A stretch of 52,020 nt of DNA, taken from a virus (Duplodnaviria > Caudoviricetes). Positions 38,901 through 48,023 of the stretch are shown here, piece after piece. Every line of letters starts with the position of its first letter. Within the stretch, counting starts at the first letter, position 1. Under the pieces are notes generated by a model, which did not search any database, was not told where the DNA came from, and saw nothing but the letters and a program-made list of their open reading frames with translations. The stretch lies in IMG/VR virus record IMGVR_UViG_3300022181_000105, positions 1 through 52,020 of that record. The stretch is one strand, 5' to 3'. The position numbers were made by a program, and so were the translations under genes.

Positions 38901-39255
38901 AATCAGCACAATGGGCGAGCGCATGGTATCCGCGCTCCATAGCGCCGTCGAGGGCTTGAAGGTTGTCTTCGAGCAGATCGGCATCGACAGCGGTAATTCC
39001 ATGATGACGGCGCTCAATCGCCAGGTCGAGGCGGCTATCCCGTCTCTGAGCACGACCGCAGCGAACGCTGGTATGTCCATGGGTCAGTCGATGGGGCGAA
39101 GCCTCGAAAGCGCGATGCAGACATCGCTGCAAAACATCGCCCGCGCAATAGACGCAATGGCGCGGCGTGCGGCATCCGCAGTACCGGCGGCGGCAGGCTC
39201 CGGCGGGAACGTTGACGCGGCAGCGCTGGCGGCGGCATACGCGAGGGAGGGGTAA
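35938..39255 (+). CDS. Tail tape measure protein (TP901-type)
   Basis: 1105 aa, Ala-rich helical; TATEAAQAM, LADAGLKGEQGATTLR, IFGTRA. Confidence 0.93.
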   Translation: MNLNDVRMRITADVAGALSALDAFSGKLNTFGNQAQTLGSSLGGVFNPLMSALTAGVAAVTAATAGLTKQMLDVGGGFELQMAIVQGKANASAEDLGRMSAKARELGETLPITATEAAQAMTNLTAAGAGVEGTLAAVADITKLSVVQNYDLARTSALVVETLRNFKMEWSEAGKVGDTFNHVFNNTALSIDQLAGGFQYISPLARHLNMSLEETVTVLGMLADAGLKGEQGATTLRAVMVNIIDAANKADSAAAKVFEELGVKLHDAQGNMRNGMDVLLDLSNTSMNAAQSFEIFGTRAFAGGLVAKEAFGQLGEKLKELEQDAGNVDRNLKLITATFLMLKKGIESAAEETTHIGFAQIETEAKSAAESIRGLILEFNSWARESEIFGKTLGTLFGEFNKGIPSVESFRASLKSIKVEDVVARFNDFVAGTKRLVAGLMDFANAVPWGLIIDNLGTIAQIIVVGWAAGKIAAVTAAIVGLSGAFDVLKTAVVGAGAAIAAHPILTALAATAAGIASIVDSANKIDEARAKIEEYNAEAERMEDIALAYTEALNGNLEALEILPKKYQDMANETLKARIETEKFQKAFDGVTDAALLATKAIFEAGLSSEEQVKQLSALWGDELADNFRRNGASAMGAFLSNFENMPADVRSVMVQVANSVLEGVEKVKDAVEDVPKATETVAGSLRSAAAEIQEYFVAASESVGELVNDGFLSAEQGVDSLKEQIGAKAEEVGKSLAEKFKNPALKDAVVNSMREIGKQSGNALFVEVADAMQKVEKTVKEFSDKAKTLLAEAFEEFDTLGVGVGNVLAETENFVGMVMESAGKSLVQIVNKTTGEIVATGSEAAQMMGSSIGDILRENQTLARTTGGMVAGEFNAAALQLQESARKAQAAAELAGGAIEKKLTEPMDRFANKSVQLVDDGMGNLKMVVVDAAEAGGSAITGKMIPPLEKTGETAKTTGAAIGGLAAEAVKVADGFKAAIDGIDNAISTMGERMVSALHSAVEGLKVVFEQIGIDSGNSMMTALNRQVEAAIPSLSTTAANAGMSMGQSMGRSLESAMQTSLQNIARAIDAMARRAASAVPAAAGSGGNVDAAALAAAYAREG

Positions 39256-39259
39256 AAGC

Positions 39260-39574
39260 ATGAAGATTTTAGGCTCGGATTTGCTTTACCCTCCGACGAA
39301 TCAGGACTACAAGCGCGAGACGTTCCCCATCGGAGTACAGCGGCGCGCGCTGGACGGCTCCATGGATACACATGTTCGGGCGACTAAAAAACGGTGGTCG
39401 TTCAAGGTGCTTGAACAGGGGCTTGAAGCTCTGCTCGTCCCGTATCTGGACGGAACGCCGTTCGAGTTCGAGGACATCGACGAGGAGGAATACATGGTCG
39501 TTCTCACCGGCGTCGTCCCTGTCGCCGGATATCCGTCCGTGGCGGAACTCTCCATCAGTCTGGAGGAAGCATGA
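39260..39574 (+). CDS. Putative distal tail protein
   Basis: Small beta-rich ORF right after tape measure (RRALDGSM). Confidence 0.6.
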   Translation: MKILGSDLLYPPTNQDYKRETFPIGVQRRALDGSMDTHVRATKKRWSFKVLEQGLEALLVPYLDGTPFEFEDIDEEEYMVVLTGVVPVAGYPSVAELSISLEEA

Positions 39575-41073
39575 TGCGGTGCTCTCTGGGGTATTTAGCC
39601 TCCGACCGCATCCGCTGGCAGATGACCGCACGGATACCGGCGCGGCAGCTCATGCGGGCCGTGCTGCCGTACCACGCCGCCGCGCTCCTCCCGGCGAGAA
39701 TGGGATGGGGGCAGAATCTTGTTCCGTGGGAATTGGACCTCCGTTCCGACGAGGCCGGGACGGGCTCGTGTCCGTGGGAGATCACCATCCGCTCGACGAC
39801 TGATCCGCGAATTACGTCATCGGAGGGAGCGCTTTTGCCGGGCAGTTACCTTGAATCCCTTCCGAACGGCGAGACGAAAGCGGCACTCGTTCTTCGGGCA
39901 AGCGTCCCGGCGGGCAAGACCGTATCCGTCTCCACGGTGGACGAGCTGACGCTTTTCTCCGGTTCCGTAGTCAGGAGCGCCTACGACGCGGAATCCGACA
40001 CGTGGACCGTCACGGCGGCGGACCCGCTTTCCGCGCAGGGCATGGATGAGGAATTCGAGATCGTCCGTGCGGGTGACGTGGCGGAAGTGATACCGTTCGA
40101 GTTTTTGGACTTGTCGCAAGGTACCGCATTCCCGACGGTCCCGGTATCCGAAGGTATCACGCTGCGGTACTGGGTGCAGCTTTTGGAGGCGTTGCGCGGT
40201 GCGCGGCTGTACTACGATCCGGTAGCGGAGAGCTACGTTCTCTCGGACAACCCGCGTGCATGGAACCTCTCCAAAGTTCTCACGTTCTCGGAGGAGGTAG
40301 ATGCTTCGCAGTACTTCAATCTCGTGGTCGCTGAACAGAACGACTCATGGGAAGAGAACGCGGCGAGGGCGACAACCACGAAGGATTACCAGAGCTACCG
40401 GCTGACCGTCGACCGCGCCGGAGACAAAATTTTCAGCGCGAAGTTGACGAGAGAGGGCGCAACGCTCGTCGACGAGGTATTCGAGTACGACGCTGACAAT
40501 CAGCTGACAAGACAGGTATCGAGGAAAGATTCCAAGACGACCACGACCGAATACGTTATTCAACCGGGGGAAGTTCCGTTTGTGAAGCGCGAAATGTCCG
40601 TCACGGTCGACCCGTCGACGGAGACGGAGTTCGACGAAAGGCGCATCAGGAGCGTGGACGTGGCTTTAAGCGACGAGCGCTCCCTCGTGGTGCGGTTGAT
40701 CGAGACTCGGGAATGGTGGGAGGGAGAAGGGGCGGGTACAACACCCGCCGCGCCGGAACCGGACCCGCTGGACCCGCCGACGCCGGAACCTCTGACGCTA
40801 TACATGCCCGTGATGTCGGTATCCGTGGCATCTAGCGGACGCGCGACGATCTCGTTTTACCTCCAAGGCGGGACGAGCGCGGACGTATTCAGCGGGCTGA
40901 CCTACACCGCTCCCGCCGGGATCGACGTGAGCACCGGCACCGGGCAGACTCGATATCGCTCGTATCTGGTGACGCGAGGCGGCGCAACGCCGGGAACGTA
41001 TCAAATCCCGTTCGTCGTCACGTCCGGCTCCACGACGTGGAATAGAACGGTATCGGTGGTGGTGACGATATGA
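39571..41073 (+). CDS. Tail tip/hub protein
   Basis: ATGA overlap; beta-rich; Pro linker then Ig-like C-terminal segment. Confidence 0.6.
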   Translation: MMRCSLGYLASDRIRWQMTARIPARQLMRAVLPYHAAALLPARMGWGQNLVPWELDLRSDEAGTGSCPWEITIRSTTDPRITSSEGALLPGSYLESLPNGETKAALVLRASVPAGKTVSVSTVDELTLFSGSVVRSAYDAESDTWTVTAADPLSAQGMDEEFEIVRAGDVAEVIPFEFLDLSQGTAFPTVPVSEGITLRYWVQLLEALRGARLYYDPVAESYVLSDNPRAWNLSKVLTFSEEVDASQYFNLVVAEQNDSWEENAARATTTKDYQSYRLTVDRAGDKIFSAKLTREGATLVDEVFEYDADNQLTRQVSRKDSKTTTTEYVIQPGEVPFVKREMSVTVDPSTETEFDERRIRSVDVALSDERSLVVRLIETREWWEGEGAGTTPAAPEPDPLDPPTPEPLTLYMPVMSVSVASSGRATISFYLQGGTSADVFSGLTYTAPAGIDVSTGTGQTRYRSYLVTRGGATPGTYQIPFVVTSGSTTWNRTVSVVVTI

Positions 41074-42623
41074 GCACGACGATGACGCCTTCCGCGTTCA
41101 TATCCAAAATTCGCGCCGGGGAGGCGATTGTTCCGCCGGTGACGGTCAAGGCGTTCGGCCCCGGCGATATCCCCGGAGGGTACAAGGCGTTCGATGGCGG
41201 CACATATACGATCAACGACCCGAAATATGGGCCGGTCGGGACAAAACATTTGCGCCCTCGCGTGACTGGGTCGAACCCGTGGTCAATCGCTATCGGCGGC
41301 GGTGTGCTGCTGGAGAATTACAATCCGGTCGGGTACAAGACGGATATCGTAATTACGAAGTCGGCAAGCGGACATGTGGTCGTTCGCGGCGAATGGTCCA
41401 TGGCGACGACGATCCTGGATAATCGCGGGAACAAAACGTTCGGTCAGTGGAGCAATTTCGATGGGCGAATCGAGTTCGACGTGAGCGCGGGACCTCCTGA
41501 GCCTACGCCGACCAACCCGGCGAAGCCCTTCACGGTGACGGGTCCATCGGGGGTATTCGCACGCCCTGACAAAGCCACAAGAATAGGGACAGTTCAAACC
41601 TCGAAACAGTTTCAGATTGCGTCGTTGAAAGTGCTCCCGTCGAACCCTGGGTTCGGAGTGCAAAAAGAGGGCTACGACAAATGGCACCTGTCGATCGGAC
41701 CGAGTGCAAAGCTCGGAAAATTCCGCGTCGGCATCGAGGCGCTTTTACCTGGTCAAATGGCGACGGTCTACGCGGACGGCGAGATCGAAATCACCGCTAC
41801 TCAAGGCACTCCCGTCGACCCTGACGACCCGATTGACTACCCGATTACACCTGTCCCGCCTACGCCCGAAGTCCCTGAAGAGCCGGAAGAGCTGGCACTG
41901 AAAAAGTCCACGGTCGAAACGACGGCCTTGGGAGACGAGGACGGCAACGTCGAATGGGTTGTCGTGGCGACGGCCGAAGCCGACGGAACCGGGAGTATCG
42001 AGGCGGAAGCCCTGCCGCGCCGGATGATATCGGACTACTTGCCCGCGCCGAAGATTTTCAGACCTGTACAGCGGCGATCCCTCAAGCGGTCCTTGACAGT
42101 TGAGGACGCGCAATCGGTCGAGGAGCTTGGGGAGCAAGAGAAGCGGATTCGCTTCGCTGGCGTGGATTCCTGGGGAGCGCTTCAACAGTACGCGGAATCC
42201 GCACTGCGGGACGCGGCGCGATGTGTGCGGGGAATGGCGACGATTCCATGCAATCCCATGATGAGGTCTGGCGACACGGTGAATTACAACGGGCACGAAT
42301 GGTACGTCGAGCGGGCGCAGCACAATTTCAGCGACTGGACGACGCACGTCACCATGCGGCGCGTTCCTTTGGGCGCGGAGATTGCCGGAGTGTTCTTTTC
42401 ATCTCCTGGGAATGCGGAAAGCGCGATAGTGCGCGTGGTCAAGGACGCTACAGGTCGCGTGAATAACGCGGTCGAGGCTACGGTGCTGCAAAAGCTGGAC
42501 GCAAGGACGTACACGGTCAAGGTCCAAAACTCAGACGAGATTGTCACGGTCAAGAGCGATCACGTGCTTTTCGGTGATCTCATCGCCGGGCGGACAATTC
42601 TGATAGGGAGGGGAACAAAGTGA
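41070..42623 (+). CDS. Tail tip protein (beta domains with Pro linkers, OB-like C-terminus)
   Basis: ATGA overlap; IPCNPMMRSGDTV...WYVERAQH hub-like motif. Confidence 0.6.
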   Translation: MSTTMTPSAFISKIRAGEAIVPPVTVKAFGPGDIPGGYKAFDGGTYTINDPKYGPVGTKHLRPRVTGSNPWSIAIGGGVLLENYNPVGYKTDIVITKSASGHVVVRGEWSMATTILDNRGNKTFGQWSNFDGRIEFDVSAGPPEPTPTNPAKPFTVTGPSGVFARPDKATRIGTVQTSKQFQIASLKVLPSNPGFGVQKEGYDKWHLSIGPSAKLGKFRVGIEALLPGQMATVYADGEIEITATQGTPVDPDDPIDYPITPVPPTPEVPEEPEELALKKSTVETTALGDEDGNVEWVVVATAEADGTGSIEAEALPRRMISDYLPAPKIFRPVQRRSLKRSLTVEDAQSVEELGEQEKRIRFAGVDSWGALQQYAESALRDAARCVRGMATIPCNPMMRSGDTVNYNGHEWYVERAQHNFSDWTTHVTMRRVPLGAEIAGVFFSSPGNAESAIVRVVKDATGRVNNAVEATVLQKLDARTYTVKVQNSDEIVTVKSDHVLFGDLIAGRTILIGRGTK

Positions 42624-43633
42624 TACCAAAGATCGACATCTACAATGCCGCCGGGAGCGCCGTACAGGATTTAGCCTCGTTCGGCTCGCGTCCTCTCGGG
42701 GGGACGTCGAATCCGATTGAGGTGCAAATCTGGAACGACAAAAGCACGACCGTAACAAATGAAGCGGTTGGAACAGGCGACGGGGTGACGGACGCCTTTT
42801 CGCTGGCGAACGGGAATTTGATACCCGGCTCGCCGTGCGTGGTCAAGGTCGCCGGGACAACGAAGACCGAAACGACGCACTACAGCCTTGACCGGGTGAC
42901 GGGGATAGTGACATTCACACCGGGCAATATCCCGACCGCCGGGCAAGCCGTCACGGTCTCCTATCACTACGGCACCGGCGCGGCGACTGCCTCGAATGTG
43001 TATCTACTGGCACGCCGGAGACAGACGTTCGTAGCGTCCGGCGCTTCCGTGACGCTCGCGGCGACGCCTTCGCGCATCTACGAGGTGCAGATCAATTCCG
43101 CCGTCACGTCCGACTACACGCTGACCGACAAGGTTTTGACGTTCGACCCGGCGCCTACGCCGGGAGACGCGATCCTCGTGATTTACGAGGATGAATCCTG
43201 CAATCTGCAAATGCTCCAAGTCAAAAGCTCCGGCGTGGTCGATCCCTTCACGGTCGGCCTCTCCGACGACGCACAAGGCTCGTATCTGGGGATAGGCGGC
43301 AGCGCAGCCGTTACGGACGAATCCGTGGGCGTTGGCGACGACGCGACTACGGTTTTCAGTCTGCTTTTCCCGTGCGTCGTCGAGGGTACTCTCGTAGTCA
43401 AGGTAGACGACGTGGAAACGGAGGTCACCCTTGACCCGGTGACGGGCGAAATCGAGTTTGCGACGGCTCCGGCGGACGAGGCGGTCATCACGGCTTCGTA
43501 TCGGTACTACCGGGTGCGGCAGATCGGCGCGATCAATCCGGGGTGCGCGAAACTGGTGCAGCTCCGGGGGCATGCCCCGACGACGGCGACGCTCAGTAAG
43601 GGGGAGGCCCATTTGGAGGTGTGGGCGGTGTGA
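42620..43633 (+). CDS. Tail protein with three repeated beta modules
   Basis: Repeats of VGxGDxxTxxFxL...DxxTGxxxF...xxxxSY. Confidence 0.7.
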   Translation: MIPKIDIYNAAGSAVQDLASFGSRPLGGTSNPIEVQIWNDKSTTVTNEAVGTGDGVTDAFSLANGNLIPGSPCVVKVAGTTKTETTHYSLDRVTGIVTFTPGNIPTAGQAVTVSYHYGTGAATASNVYLLARRRQTFVASGASVTLAATPSRIYEVQINSAVTSDYTLTDKVLTFDPAPTPGDAILVIYEDESCNLQMLQVKSSGVVDPFTVGLSDDAQGSYLGIGGSAAVTDESVGVGDDATTVFSLLFPCVVEGTLVVKVDDVETEVTLDPVTGEIEFATAPADEAVITASYRYYRVRQIGAINPGCAKLVQLRGHAPTTATLSKGEAHLEVWAV

Positions 43634-45168
43634 GCTATCGCGTGCTGAGCCGCGATGCGGGAAGAAGAGAGGTGAGGCGCGTCGATCTGCCCGTGGTGCC
43701 GTGGACGCCGATGTTTGGCGGATATTACGGGTGGGGATACACCTCGAAACTTGGCGTTCCGGATTGGGAAGTCCAAGACCCAAATGCCTATTTGCCGCGT
43801 CTCGTGTGGGCTCCGGTTTATCTGAAGCAAATCGTTGCTTTTTACGGGGGGGCGCTGGCCCAAGGTGCGGACAATCGACTGTACTATTGGGGGGATTTCC
43901 CTTTCGTCGACTCGCAATTTCAGCCCACGCTCCACCCGTTCGACCCCGGCGAGCCCGTTAAAATCCACGTGCTGGAAGGGCTGTACTGGGGAATGCCTAT
44001 TTTTTTGATAGGGCTTGAAAGCGGCCGCGTATGGTGTCTCGGAACAAACGACTTCGGACAGCTTGGGCTTGGGATCGATGATTTTTCCTATGTCGCCGAA
44101 ACGTTTACGGAAGTTCCGTTATTGCGCGGATTTTCGAAAATAGGAGTATTCATGGCAGGAAGAAACGTCAATCCAATCCCCACCTTCCCCGTCCTGTGTG
44201 TCTACGGTGTCCACGGTAACGACATGTACTTGTGGGGGGATTTCGTAGAGAGTGGCCCCTCAGCTCCGGCGTTTTACCAAAGGTTTTCTTACCCTGTTGT
44301 AGATGTCGCAAGCCCAGACACGGATAGATCGAATTGCGAAAGGCCATCGTGCTGGGGGGCCTTGATCACGTTGTCGAACGGAGACGTGTATTTTCGAGGC
44401 ACCAGCGACACGGGGGCGGCTCTGGCAATCGGATATCACGAAGACCCTCGACTTTTCACGCTGACGAAACACCCACATTTATCGGGAGTCAAAAAAATCC
44501 TCAAATTGGGCCCGGAATTTATCGATATCACGCACAGCGAAAGCAGGTGCGTAGCTCTAAAGTCGGACGGGTCAGTCTGGTGCTGGGGATACGTGACGCT
44601 TTATACCGACGGGACAAGCCGCGACGAATTCGTGTATACGCCGATTCGAATACCAGGGCTTTCGAAAATCGCCGATATCGCAGCCAATTTGGACGTCCTG
44701 TTTGCGCTGGATACACAGGGCGACGTGTGGGTGTGGGGAGGTCGCGCCGGATTCGCCGACGCGAGAAGGGGGCTAGGAGAGGGAGCGCCCGTAAACGTGC
44801 CGCCGCAAAAGATTCCGGGGATGCCGGCGATTTCCGCTCTCGGAATCCCAAGCAGCGCGGCGTTTGCGATCCCGAAAACATCGATCCCGATTGAAAGGCC
44901 TGTGCGTCCGGGCGGGGAAGCGGATCTGGAATCTATCGCGTGGCTGTGGGATGAATGGAATTGGGCTCCAGAGGAGGGATGGCCCACGAACTGGCCGTGG
45001 GGCGAAGCGCATCCGTGGCTTGGAGGAGACGCCGCTCCGCTCCCGGCAGGGTATACGGATAAGCCTGATTGGAGCTGGCTTTGGACGTGGGACTGGCAGA
45101 TGACCGAAGAAGGTCCGGAAAATATTCCATGGGGAGACGCTCACCCGTGGAAAGTCCTGGAAATGTAA
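43630..45168 (+). CDS. RCC1-like beta-propeller tail protein with Trp-rich C-terminal repeat
   Basis: SGRVWCLGTNDFGQLGLG, ALKSDGSVWCWG, ALDTQGDVWVWG. Confidence 0.8.
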   Translation: MSYRVLSRDAGRREVRRVDLPVVPWTPMFGGYYGWGYTSKLGVPDWEVQDPNAYLPRLVWAPVYLKQIVAFYGGALAQGADNRLYYWGDFPFVDSQFQPTLHPFDPGEPVKIHVLEGLYWGMPIFLIGLESGRVWCLGTNDFGQLGLGIDDFSYVAETFTEVPLLRGFSKIGVFMAGRNVNPIPTFPVLCVYGVHGNDMYLWGDFVESGPSAPAFYQRFSYPVVDVASPDTDRSNCERPSCWGALITLSNGDVYFRGTSDTGAALAIGYHEDPRLFTLTKHPHLSGVKKILKLGPEFIDITHSESRCVALKSDGSVWCWGYVTLYTDGTSRDEFVYTPIRIPGLSKIADIAANLDVLFALDTQGDVWVWGGRAGFADARRGLGEGAPVNVPPQKIPGMPAISALGIPSSAAFAIPKTSIPIERPVRPGGEADLESIAWLWDEWNWAPEEGWPTNWPWGEAHPWLGGDAAPLPAGYTDKPDWSWLWTWDWQMTEEGPENIPWGDAHPWKVLEM

Positions 45169-45185
45169 TTCAAGGAGGACTGAAA

Positions 45186-45590
45186 ATGCCGACGTACAAA
45201 AACAACAACACCACGCAAATCTATTGGAGAAATATCCTGTGGGAGCCTGGCGAAAGCCGGGCTCTCACTCACTTTGTGCCTCACGCGGACTTGGGGCTGA
45301 CCGAGACGGCGAGCACTCCCGCAGTCACTCCGCCGGTGCTCATCTCGGAGGACGTGGTGCTCTCGGCTGGAGTGGCTCAGACGAAGACCATTCCGTATAG
45401 CGCTCGTGTGCAAATCAGCGCGATGGCGCTCTCCGGCACGGCGACGCTGAGCATTGGATCGAAAGAGGTGCCGTTGGATTCGAACGCGGATTACATTTCG
45501 ACCGCGCTTCCGTGGGACAAAGTCGCGAGCATCGGCCTCGCGTCGACCGCCGGGGCCACTGTGCGCCTGCTCGTGGAGGGGGTGCTGTAA
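45186..45590 (+). CDS. Minor structural protein
   Basis: RBS AAGGAGG; TAATG coupling to next gene. Confidence 0.7.
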   Translation: MPTYKNNNTTQIYWRNILWEPGESRALTHFVPHADLGLTETASTPAVTPPVLISEDVVLSAGVAQTKTIPYSARVQISAMALSGTATLSIGSKEVPLDSNADYISTALPWDKVASIGLASTAGATVRLLVEGVL

Positions 45591-46624
45591 TGCCGCTGGT
45601 CAAAAGGGGCGGCGGCTCCTACACTCTGCCGCCGGCGAGCGCGGAGGTGCTCGGCGGAGTAAAGGTCGGGGCGAATCTGAGTATTGCGGATGGGGTGTTA
45701 AGCGCGGAAGCAGGTGGCGTTTCCTCGTGGAACGACCTGACGGACAAGCCGGAGACTTTCGCACCGGCAGCGCACTCCCTCGACGCGCACACGGCAATCA
45801 CGCTGGCGGAGCTGAACGCGAAGATCAGCGACAAGGATATTGCTTCGACAGACGCCGCCACCACGAGCGCGGCGGGGCTGATGTCGGCGAGCGACAAGAC
45901 TAAGCTCGACGGGCTCGGCTCCGGCGGCGGCTCCGTCATGCTCACGCTGTTCCACACGACCGAAGCGCAGAGCACAACTGAGGAGACGTACTCCGCGCTC
46001 TACACCGGCAAGCTCATCCCGCGCCTCGACTGGCACGGCTCGGCGCTCTCGGTGCTGGTGCGACGTTCCGGCACCGGGCAGATTCGAGCGACTGTCACGG
46101 ACGGCACGGGTACTGTGACGGACGAAGGAACGGCCTTCAGCGCGGAGGGGACCGACGAACTGAGCCTCGACGTTTCGACGCTCGACGACTCAGTGCTCTG
46201 GACTTTCACGGTCGAAGGGAAGGGGAGCAACTGCAACGCTTCCCGCGTGAAAGTGACTGTTGACCCGGTAAACGAGTTTTCGCCGCCGCTCGTGGCTTCC
46301 GGCGCTGGCGGGACGACGAACAGCGCGGCGTATGCGGAACTGGCAAGCTCGACGTTTCTCCCCACGTGGCTCGACGTGGACGGCAACGGCGGTGTTGTGC
46401 TGCTGGCTGATGTAGACCTCGGAACAGCTACCGGCGCAGACGTGCGGATTACGGTGGGAACCGAGAGCGCGACGGCCGCGGTGAGCGCTGACGGGATAAC
46501 CTCGGTGCGTTGCCCCTTCCCGGCGACCGCTGCGGCGCTCTTGACGGCGCGTATCGACGGACGGATTACGGCAGGCTCGGGAACGATGAGCCTGAACCAT
46601 TATCAGATCCACATCGAAAAATAG
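45590..46624 (+). CDS. Tail fibre/spike-like protein
   Basis: YTLPPASAEVLGGVKVG, SWNDLTDKP, ATTSAAGLMSASDKTKLDGL fibre motifs. Confidence 0.8.
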   Translation: MPLVKRGGGSYTLPPASAEVLGGVKVGANLSIADGVLSAEAGGVSSWNDLTDKPETFAPAAHSLDAHTAITLAELNAKISDKDIASTDAATTSAAGLMSASDKTKLDGLGSGGGSVMLTLFHTTEAQSTTEETYSALYTGKLIPRLDWHGSALSVLVRRSGTGQIRATVTDGTGTVTDEGTAFSAEGTDELSLDVSTLDDSVLWTFTVEGKGSNCNASRVKVTVDPVNEFSPPLVASGAGGTTNSAAYAELASSTFLPTWLDVDGNGGVVLLADVDLGTATGADVRITVGTESATAAVSADGITSVRCPFPATAAALLTARIDGRITAGSGTMSLNHYQIHIEK

Positions 46625-46630
46625 GAGGAG

Positions 46631-47037
46631 ATGCCAATGAGTCAGATTACAGAGAGCACCACCGCGATTGTTTCCACCGATACCACACTGGCGAACACGG
46701 TAGCGGCCACGTTACGCCGGAGGTCGACTTCCGGCGCTGCATCGGCGGGGTGGTTCAGATCGACTTTCAGTTTGCCACAAATCCGACTGCGGACAAGACG
46801 CTCGACCTGTATCTGCTCCCCGCGCTCGCGTCCGGGACCGACTACGACGTGTACTCGCAGGGGCGTAATATCCTGCTCGGGAGCGTCAAAGTGGCGGCGG
46901 CCACGACGGTTCAGCGGGTAAGCATTCCGCTGGACGCGGTGAACGTCCCTTATGCGAAGCTCGCCCTTTATAACAACGCGACGGGGCAGACGGTGACGAT
47001 CAAAAAAATGACGGTGAGCGCGAGGAAGGTGGGGTAG
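46631..47037 (+). pseudogene. Frameshifted minor structural gene
   Basis: RBS AGGAGGAG + MPMSQITE...LAN in one frame; protein-like continuation GSGHVTPEVDF...SARKVG in another; break ~46694-46700. Confidence 0.7.
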
Positions 47038-47541
47038 GTGCTCTTAAAATCCGTAAAAATTGTTCAAAGCACCTCTTTAGCGGAACCCTTTTTGATTATA
47101 AATGAAATGCAAATAATAAATGTTGACGGCACAGATATCGCTACCGGTGGAAGTCCCTTTGGACAAGCGTATATTACAGTCTACGACCCGAGTAAGGCGT
47201 TTGACAAAAGTATCGCTCAAACAAGCATTTTTTACTCGCAGGCTTCTCCCGGTTATTTGGGATACCTTCTTCCCACAGCCCAAAACGTTGTTGCAATAAA
47301 GCTATATACGCATTCGACGTATGCCTCTTATCGATTGCAACAGGGAAAGGTGTATGGGTCGTTAAATACAAGCAACGGGGTAGATGGCACTTGGGAGTTG
47401 CTTGCTGAAGCCAGTATGGAGGGGGCCGATATGTGGTGCACTTTTGTATTGGAGCCACAGGTGAAAATCGCGCGCAAGGTACAATCGTTTGCCCCTCTTC
47501 TCTCCGCCATGCCCGCCGCGCTGAATCGCGGCTTCAGATAG
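47038..47541 (+). CDS. Discoidin/galactose-binding-like domain protein
   Basis: YDPSKAFD...YLGYLL...KVYGS...WELL pattern; visibly AT-richer than neighbours. Confidence 0.55.
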   Translation: MLLKSVKIVQSTSLAEPFLIINEMQIINVDGTDIATGGSPFGQAYITVYDPSKAFDKSIAQTSIFYSQASPGYLGYLLPTAQNVVAIKLYTHSTYASYRLQQGKVYGSLNTSNGVDGTWELLAEASMEGADMWCTFVLEPQVKIARKVQSFAPLLSAMPAALNRGFR

Positions 47542-47552
47542 GAGGTTTTGCA

Positions 47553-48023
47553 ATGATCGAGCAGATTCATTTCCAAGGCGTAGCGTACACGCCTCACGAG
47601 TTTGCCGCGTTCGAGGCCGCTCATCCGGAGGCGTTCCTGCTTCCCGCGCCGACGCTGGACGCACTGAAGAATCAGAAACGGAGCGAGATTCATTCCGCGT
47701 ACCATGCGGCGCAGTCGGAGGGCGTTCCGACCACGCCGGGGCTGACTATGAAATTCGGTCAAAACGACTGCGTGCTGGTGGACGGGGTAGTGAGATACGC
47801 GGAACTCAAAGGATTGCCTGTGGTGCCTAAGCTGATCGAGGCGGACGGCACGGAGCATGTCGGGACCATCAGTCTGGCGGACGGAAAGACAATTGTGATC
47901 GAGCAGTTCGAGGCTGCGTATGCGGCTGATGAGAGGATACGGGAACTGCTGGCTCTGGTGGATGCGGCGACTACGCCGCAGGAAGTGGAGGGGATCGCAT
48001 GGAGTATGCCAGCATCCTCCTGA
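47553..48023 (+). CDS. Tail fibre assembly-like protein (DUF4376-like)
   Basis: LDALKNQKRSEI...VDAATTPQEVEGIAW. Confidence 0.7.
   Translation: MIEQIHFQGVAYTPHEFAAFEAAHPEAFLLPAPTLDALKNQKRSEIHSAYHAAQSEGVPTTPGLTMKFGQNDCVLVDGVVRYAELKGLPVVPKLIEADGTEHVGTISLADGKTIVIEQFEAAYAADERIRELLALVDAATTPQEVEGIAWSMPASS

Noticed and set aside
30429-39261. Long minus-strand ORFs (30429..31844, 32030..33883, 37765..39261)
   Set aside because: Shadows of head and tape-measure genes
34148-43633. Contractile tail
   Set aside because: No sheath or baseplate J-like genes recognised
43630-48023. Diversity-generating retroelement or invertible tail-fibre cassette
   Set aside because: No reverse transcriptase, no invertase, and no template/variable repeat pair or flanking inverted repeats seen
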